From: Anaerohalosphaeraceae bacterium
Lineage (GTDB): Bacteria > Planctomycetota > Phycisphaerae > Sedimentisphaerales > Anaerohalosphaeraceae
Length of the DNA: 64,000 nt
Reading direction: 5' to 3'
Assembly: GCA_963675525.2 (NCBI GenBank)
Contig: CAXXSL010000016.1
Coordinates: 672,001 to 736,000 of the forward strand
Notes under the pieces: model-generated
What the model saw: the letters and a program-made list of their open reading frames with translations, nothing else
Databases searched by the model: none
Told to the model about the DNA's origin: nothing
Shown here: in pieces, positions 59,599 to 64,000 of the stretch
Position numbering within the stretch: the stretch's first letter is position 1
Layout: each line of letters starts with the position of its first letter
Program-made: the position numbers and the translations under genes

Positions 59599-61002
59599 AT
59601 GCAGGCGGTATTCACGGATGAAATTAAAGCGATACACGAGCGTATTGCAGAAAAAATAGGTGGCACACAATATCAGGTTTGGTTTAAAGGGGCCACCCGG
59701 TTGACAATGAACGAGGATCATTTTGAGGTGGCCGCGGCGAATCCTTTCATCAGCAATTGGATCGAGGGTCATTTTCGGCCGGTGATTACCGAAGCTGTAT
59801 TGGAAATATTCGGTAAAAAACACCCTATTCGCTTCCAAATCGACACTTCACTGGTCAAAACGCCGATAAGGCCCTCACTGCCGTCTCAAAATACACAGCG
59901 GGTTCTGAATTCGCTCAAGCGAACGCCGCTGGGTGCCAAACCACATGGGGTCGGCAATCCGTTAAAGTTAACATTAGACAGTTTTGTGGTTGGCGTGAAA
60001 AACCAATTAGCCTACAACGCCGCCAAGTCGGTCATCGACCAGCCGCAAAGTCCGTTCAATCCGCTTTTTATGCATGGCGGATACGGAATTGGAAAAACGC
60101 ATCTGCTCCAGGGCATCTGCAACGAAATGCACACCAGTCGCCCCGGGTGTCGCTGGACGTATCTGTCAGCCGAAGACTTTGCCAACCAATATGTCGTTGC
60201 GCTCAAAACGAGGAAGTTGGACGCCTTCCGCAACCGATTCCGTAATATGGACCTGCTGGTCATTGACGATATCCATTTTCTGGCTAATAAAAACGCAATG
60301 CAGGAAGAATTTCTGCACACCTTCAACAGTATCGATCTGGCGGGCAAACAAGTCGTTCTCGCATCTGATGCACATCCCAAAGAGATTGGGCAACTTTGCG
60401 AGAAACTCGTAAACCGTTTTGTCTCAGGCATGGTGGTGCGCATGGATGCGCCGGATTTTGAAATGCGGTGCCGTATTTGTACGCAACGTACCAAAAGCAT
60501 GGAGCTGAAACTTTCACAGGAGGTGATCGAGTACGTTGCCGGCAGCATCAGCGCAAATGTTCGCGAACTGGAGGGGGCCTTGGTCAAACTGGCGGCCTTC
60601 GCTTCATTGAGCGGACAAAAGATCTCGCTGGCTGTTGCCCAACAAGTGCTGGCTGAACATATTGCTCGGACGGATCCGGTGGTACATAGTTCGGACATTG
60701 TCTCGGCAACCGCTGCTTTCTTCGAAGTGAGCGTCACAGACATCTATTCGGCGAAAAAAGACCGCACCATCAGCCTTGCCCGTTCCTTCGGGATGTACCT
60801 GACTCGCCGGTTCACCAAAATGAGTTTTCCGGAGATCGGCCGGGGTATGGGTGACAAGAACCACGCTACGGTTATCCTGGCCTGCCGTAAGATCGAAAAT
60901 GCACTGAAAGGCAACGATGAAATGAAATGGCGAACCAAACAGGGCTTCCGCCTGGCGCCAGCCAAAGATATCCTGGACTCTCTCATCGAAAAAATATCAT
61001 GA
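59599..61002 (+). CDS. dnaA: Chromosomal replication initiator DnaA
   Basis: FNPLFMHGGYGIGKTHLL, LLVIDDIHFL, QEEFLHTFN, NVRELEGAL, SFPEIG; AGGAG RBS before MQAVF. Confidence 0.95.
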   Translation: MQAVFTDEIKAIHERIAEKIGGTQYQVWFKGATRLTMNEDHFEVAAANPFISNWIEGHFRPVITEAVLEIFGKKHPIRFQIDTSLVKTPIRPSLPSQNTQRVLNSLKRTPLGAKPHGVGNPLKLTLDSFVVGVKNQLAYNAAKSVIDQPQSPFNPLFMHGGYGIGKTHLLQGICNEMHTSRPGCRWTYLSAEDFANQYVVALKTRKLDAFRNRFRNMDLLVIDDIHFLANKNAMQEEFLHTFNSIDLAGKQVVLASDAHPKEIGQLCEKLVNRFVSGMVVRMDAPDFEMRCRICTQRTKSMELKLSQEVIEYVAGSISANVRELEGALVKLAAFASLSGQKISLAVAQQVLAEHIARTDPVVHSSDIVSATAAFFEVSVTDIYSAKKDRTISLARSFGMYLTRRFTKMSFPEIGRGMGDKNHATVILACRKIENALKGNDEMKWRTKQGFRLAPAKDILDSLIEKIS

Positions 61003-61118
61003 AAAACTCGATTGTTATGCGAAAATCAATAAACGCATAACCTTATCCAACGGCCCATAGGGCCGGATTAATACTGCTTACTAATTCTAAAAGTACAAAT
61101 AGGGAAATCTGCGCAAAG

Positions 61119-61220
61119 AAAAAGCAGCGGGAAGGAGGAACCCGCTGCTCATTTCCCAGGCTTAGAACCTGGCATTAGAAGGAGGAGGAGGGTAATGTTT
61201 TATTTTTAAGCTTCATCTGG
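61119..61220 (-). ncRNA. Candidate sRNA 1 with loop-exposed CCUCCU motifs
   Basis: GAAC-N17-CGTA promoter-like motif; three hairpins, two with CCUCC loops; ends in a GC stem plus U run. Confidence 0.5.
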
Positions 61221-61328
61221 ATAATAGTACGAAACGGAACCCCCAAAAGTTCTGGCGAATATTATAATATTTCAGGGAATATTTCAACCCTTTTTCTGGA
61301 ATTTTTCGAAAATACAGGTTAATTTAAC

Positions 61329-61445
61329 AAAAAAGCGGTCCGGACCATTCCGAACCGCTTTTTTTTGTTGCACTTTTTAAGGAGGTAACGAGGAGGATGA
61401 TTTATTTCCAAAAGAAGACGATTGTATGAAAAAGAGCTTTTCTAC
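61329..61445 (-). ncRNA. Candidate sRNA 2 with CCUCCU motifs
   Basis: AAAC-N16-CGTA promoter-like motif; UCCUCCUC and ACCUCCUU; terminator gcggttcgga-atgg-tccggaccgc-tttttt. Confidence 0.45.
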
Positions 61446-61765
61446 TTGAATATACGCACTTTAGTCCGCTGGGTTTGAAAAAAACTTGTTTTCTTGTAAT
61501 TTTAGCTCCTGTCGGGTAATAATTATATCTCATTTTACCGTCTCCAGTGTGTTAGACACAAACAATCGTGTTTTTCACATAAGATGATTCACAACAGGCT
61601 CCTTTTTGTCGTATTATACTATTTCTGCTTGATTTTTATCGATTAATCGGTACAGTCTTGAATATACAATTATCGAGTACGTTTTGTTAGACAGCACTTA
61701 GAGAAATGAATAGTCAACTTTGACGCAGCAGCCTTATCCGAAACATTTACATGGGAGGTTCGAAT

Positions 61766-63175
61766 ATGAAACGAAGAGATTTTCTTGCCGCAATGGGCGC
61801 CACCGCAGGCGCAACCCTGGTCAATCCGTCTTCTTTATTCGGTGCTGTGAACGGCGCCGCACCGAAAAGACGTCTGGCCCTTGTCGGAACCGGTATCCGC
61901 GGGACATCTTTCTGGGGCAAAACACTGCTCGAAACCCTGGGAGACACAATTGAATTCGTCGGTCTGTCCGATATCAATCCGGGCCGTTTAGCCTATGCGA
62001 AAAAGTATATGGGGGTTGATTGTCCGGTCTTTACAAATTTCGAAGAAATGATGAATACCACCAAACCGGACACCCTCATCGTCACCACAGTGGACGCCAC
62101 ACATGATCAGTTCATTATCAAAGGCCTTGAAATGGGTGCGGATGTCATTACCGAAAAACCGATGACCACCGACGAGATAAAGTGCAAAAACATTCTTGCC
62201 GCCGAAAAGAGGACCGGCCGAAAGGTCATCGTTGGATTCAACTATCGGTATGGACATCAATTTACAAAAATTAAAGAACTGCTGGTGTCTCAGCGGCTTG
62301 GAAATGTCACATCGGTTGACTTTCACTGGTATTTGAACACAGACCACGGGGCTTCTTACTTCAGGCGATGGCACGGCCTTCGCAAGTGCAGCGGAACACT
62401 GCTGCTGCACAAGTGTACGCATCACTTTGACTTGCTGAACTGGTGGATCGACTCGGATCCCATCGAAGTTTTCGCTTACGGCGCACTGGAACATTACGGC
62501 AGAAATAATGCGTTTCGACACACGCAATGCCGCGGGTGCCCGCATCAGGAAAAATGTAAATTCTTCTGGGATATCACCAAGAACGACCGTTTAATGGACC
62601 TGTATGTCGCCAATGAAAAACATGACGGCTATATCCGCGATGCCTGCCTCTGGCGGAATGAAATCGATATTTTCGATAAAATGGCCGTTCAAATCAAATA
62701 CGCCAATAATGTTCAGGTCAGCTATTCTCTGACAGCCTACTCCCCTTACGAAGGCTGGCGAATTGCATTTAACGGCATGAATGGCCGGATGGACAGTTGG
62801 GACGGCATACCGTGGATGCAGGGCAGAGATGCTGTCGATCAGTCAAAGCTGCATGAACTGGAGATGAGTCAGAATGCAGCAGAGACCGCTGCCGCCTATG
62901 ATGAAATAATGGTTACGCCGAATTTCGGAACGTATGAATTGGTCAAAGTGCCAAAGGTCTATGGCGGTCACCGCGGAGGCGATAAGCTGCTTAGAGAACG
63001 GCTTTTTGTGAATCCGAACGCACCGGACCCTTTCAAACATGCGGCGGGAACCCGTGACGGAGCGATGTCGGTCCTGATCGGGATTGCGGCCAGAAAGAGT
63101 ATTGATACGGGCAAACCGGTGAAAATCGCTGACCTAACAGATATTCAGACGCAGGCAATCCGGCCAAAATCTTAA
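61766..63175 (+). CDS. Gfo/Idh/MocA family oxidoreductase with Tat signal
   Basis: MKRRDFL twin-arginine signal; VGTGIRG, EKPM, GFNYRY, HKCTHHFDL. Confidence 0.9.
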   Translation: MKRRDFLAAMGATAGATLVNPSSLFGAVNGAAPKRRLALVGTGIRGTSFWGKTLLETLGDTIEFVGLSDINPGRLAYAKKYMGVDCPVFTNFEEMMNTTKPDTLIVTTVDATHDQFIIKGLEMGADVITEKPMTTDEIKCKNILAAEKRTGRKVIVGFNYRYGHQFTKIKELLVSQRLGNVTSVDFHWYLNTDHGASYFRRWHGLRKCSGTLLLHKCTHHFDLLNWWIDSDPIEVFAYGALEHYGRNNAFRHTQCRGCPHQEKCKFFWDITKNDRLMDLYVANEKHDGYIRDACLWRNEIDIFDKMAVQIKYANNVQVSYSLTAYSPYEGWRIAFNGMNGRMDSWDGIPWMQGRDAVDQSKLHELEMSQNAAETAAAYDEIMVTPNFGTYELVKVPKVYGGHRGGDKLLRERLFVNPNAPDPFKHAAGTRDGAMSVLIGIAARKSIDTGKPVKIADLTDIQTQAIRPKS

Positions 63176-63639
63176 TCCGTCCGTTTATTCCGGTTACTAT
63201 CGCTTTGAAATCGATTGATTTTTTTGTTCAGCGGATTCAGACCGCCCAAAACTATCAGCGAAAGAACTGTTGTTCCGATCGCAATCTCATACATACCCAA
63301 TCCGCAGGCAATGCCGATACCCGTCATCATCCAGATCGTCGCGGCAGTCGTGATGCCGTGGACGCTGGCACGATCGCGAATAATCGCACCGGCGCCGATA
63401 AAGCCGACACCCGTAATCACACCCTGGATAACCCGTGTCGATCCATTGTCGCCCCCAAACGAGCGGGCCACGATCGTAAACAACGCCGCCCCGGTACAGA
63501 TTAAAATGATTGTCCGCAGCCCTGCCGCTTTGTGATGTATCTCCCGCTCCAGACCAATAATACCGCCTAAAACCACGGCAACAAGTAGCGGAATAAAAGC
63601 GTTCCAGTCGATATTTTGAATAATCTGGTCCAATTTCAT
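63172..63639 (-). CDS. MgtC/SapB family membrane protein
   Basis: GGIIGLERE, AGLRT, GVGFIGAGAI, GITTAATIW. Confidence 0.93.
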   Translation of the reverse strand: MKLDQIIQNIDWNAFIPLLVAVVLGGIIGLEREIHHKAAGLRTIILICTGAALFTIVARSFGGDNGSTRVIQGVITGVGFIGAGAIIRDRASVHGITTAATIWMMTGIGIACGLGMYEIAIGTTVLSLIVLGGLNPLNKKINRFQSDSNRNKRTD

Positions 63640-63878
63640 CTTTCGAAAACTCCCGTTTAGTTTATAAAAAGCATTCTATTTCATCGGCAAAAGCCATAAA
63701 AAGCTGAAGGCCAACTTTAATATTATTGTTATATCTGCATATATTTAAATAAGTTACATCTTCGCCTGGCGAGGGGCATAAATATTTTCCCTTAAAAACA
63801 TTATTTATGCTTGAACTGGTACCAATAATGTGTTTATAGTATACATCAGTAATTCGACTGTTTTAATGAGGTATTAAA

Positions 63879-64000
63879 TTGAGCTATCCATATTTTCATA
63901 TTTCGAAAAAAAGCGGTTATGCAATCCGGGCACTATTTGAGTTGGCTCAGCGCGGGGTATTGGGCCCGGTGAATGTCCGCAGCCTGGCCAAGGCCCAGGA
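63879..64000 (+). CDS. Rrf2 family transcriptional regulator (5' part only)
   Basis: Manual translation from TTG 63879 (GAGGT RBS): ...ISKKSGYAIRALFELA...PVNVRSLAKAQ, matching the Rrf2 N-terminus. Confidence 0.75.
   Translation, partial: MSYPYFHISKKSGYAIRALFELAQRGVLGPVNVRSLAKAQ

Noticed and set aside
61178..61430. GGAGG runs read as ribosome-binding sites for plus-strand micro-ORFs (MFYF, MIYFQKKTIV)
   Set aside because: The ORFs are tiny and SD spacing is poor; the minus-strand promoter/terminator layout explains the motifs better.

Overview
Bacterial chromosomal window, most likely from a Planctomycetota of the Phycisphaerae/Sedimentisphaerales type. This is an inference from the dockerin+LamG-tailed glycosidases, the PQQ-like propeller, the URO-D-family protein and the Ser/Thr-kinase-linked ECF sigma. 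Layout: (1) 1-22 kb is a polysaccharide/L-rhamnose utilisation region with a partial GH106 rhamnosidase, two large modular secreted glycosidases sharing a near-identical 3' tail, galM, a GH2, an rha operon containing an NCS1 permease and an ASRT-family protein, and an AraC regulator. (2) 24-31.6 kb is a five-gene operon with an ECF-type promoter: PspA-like coiled coil, helical/FHA-like protein, membrane Ser/Thr kinase with a TM2 domain, membrane protein, and an ECF sigma with a fused Cys/His zinc-type tail. (3) A hybrid histidine kinase split by a frameshift in an A7 run. (4) rpmE-prfA-[NMP-kinase-like/dNMP N-hydrolase fusion]-deoC-pabB. (5) rhaT with a URO-D-family gene, a second GH2 and an FHA-histidine kinase. 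(6) Origin-type housekeeping genes (mnmE, yidC, lptB, def-fmt-rsmB, dnaA with DnaA boxes) with a small AT-rich toxin-antitoxin islet. (7) Two candidate tandem sRNAs carrying CCUCCU motifs downstream of dnaA. No rRNA, tRNA, CRISPR array or transposase was recognised. All calls come from reading motifs by eye, without database searches.
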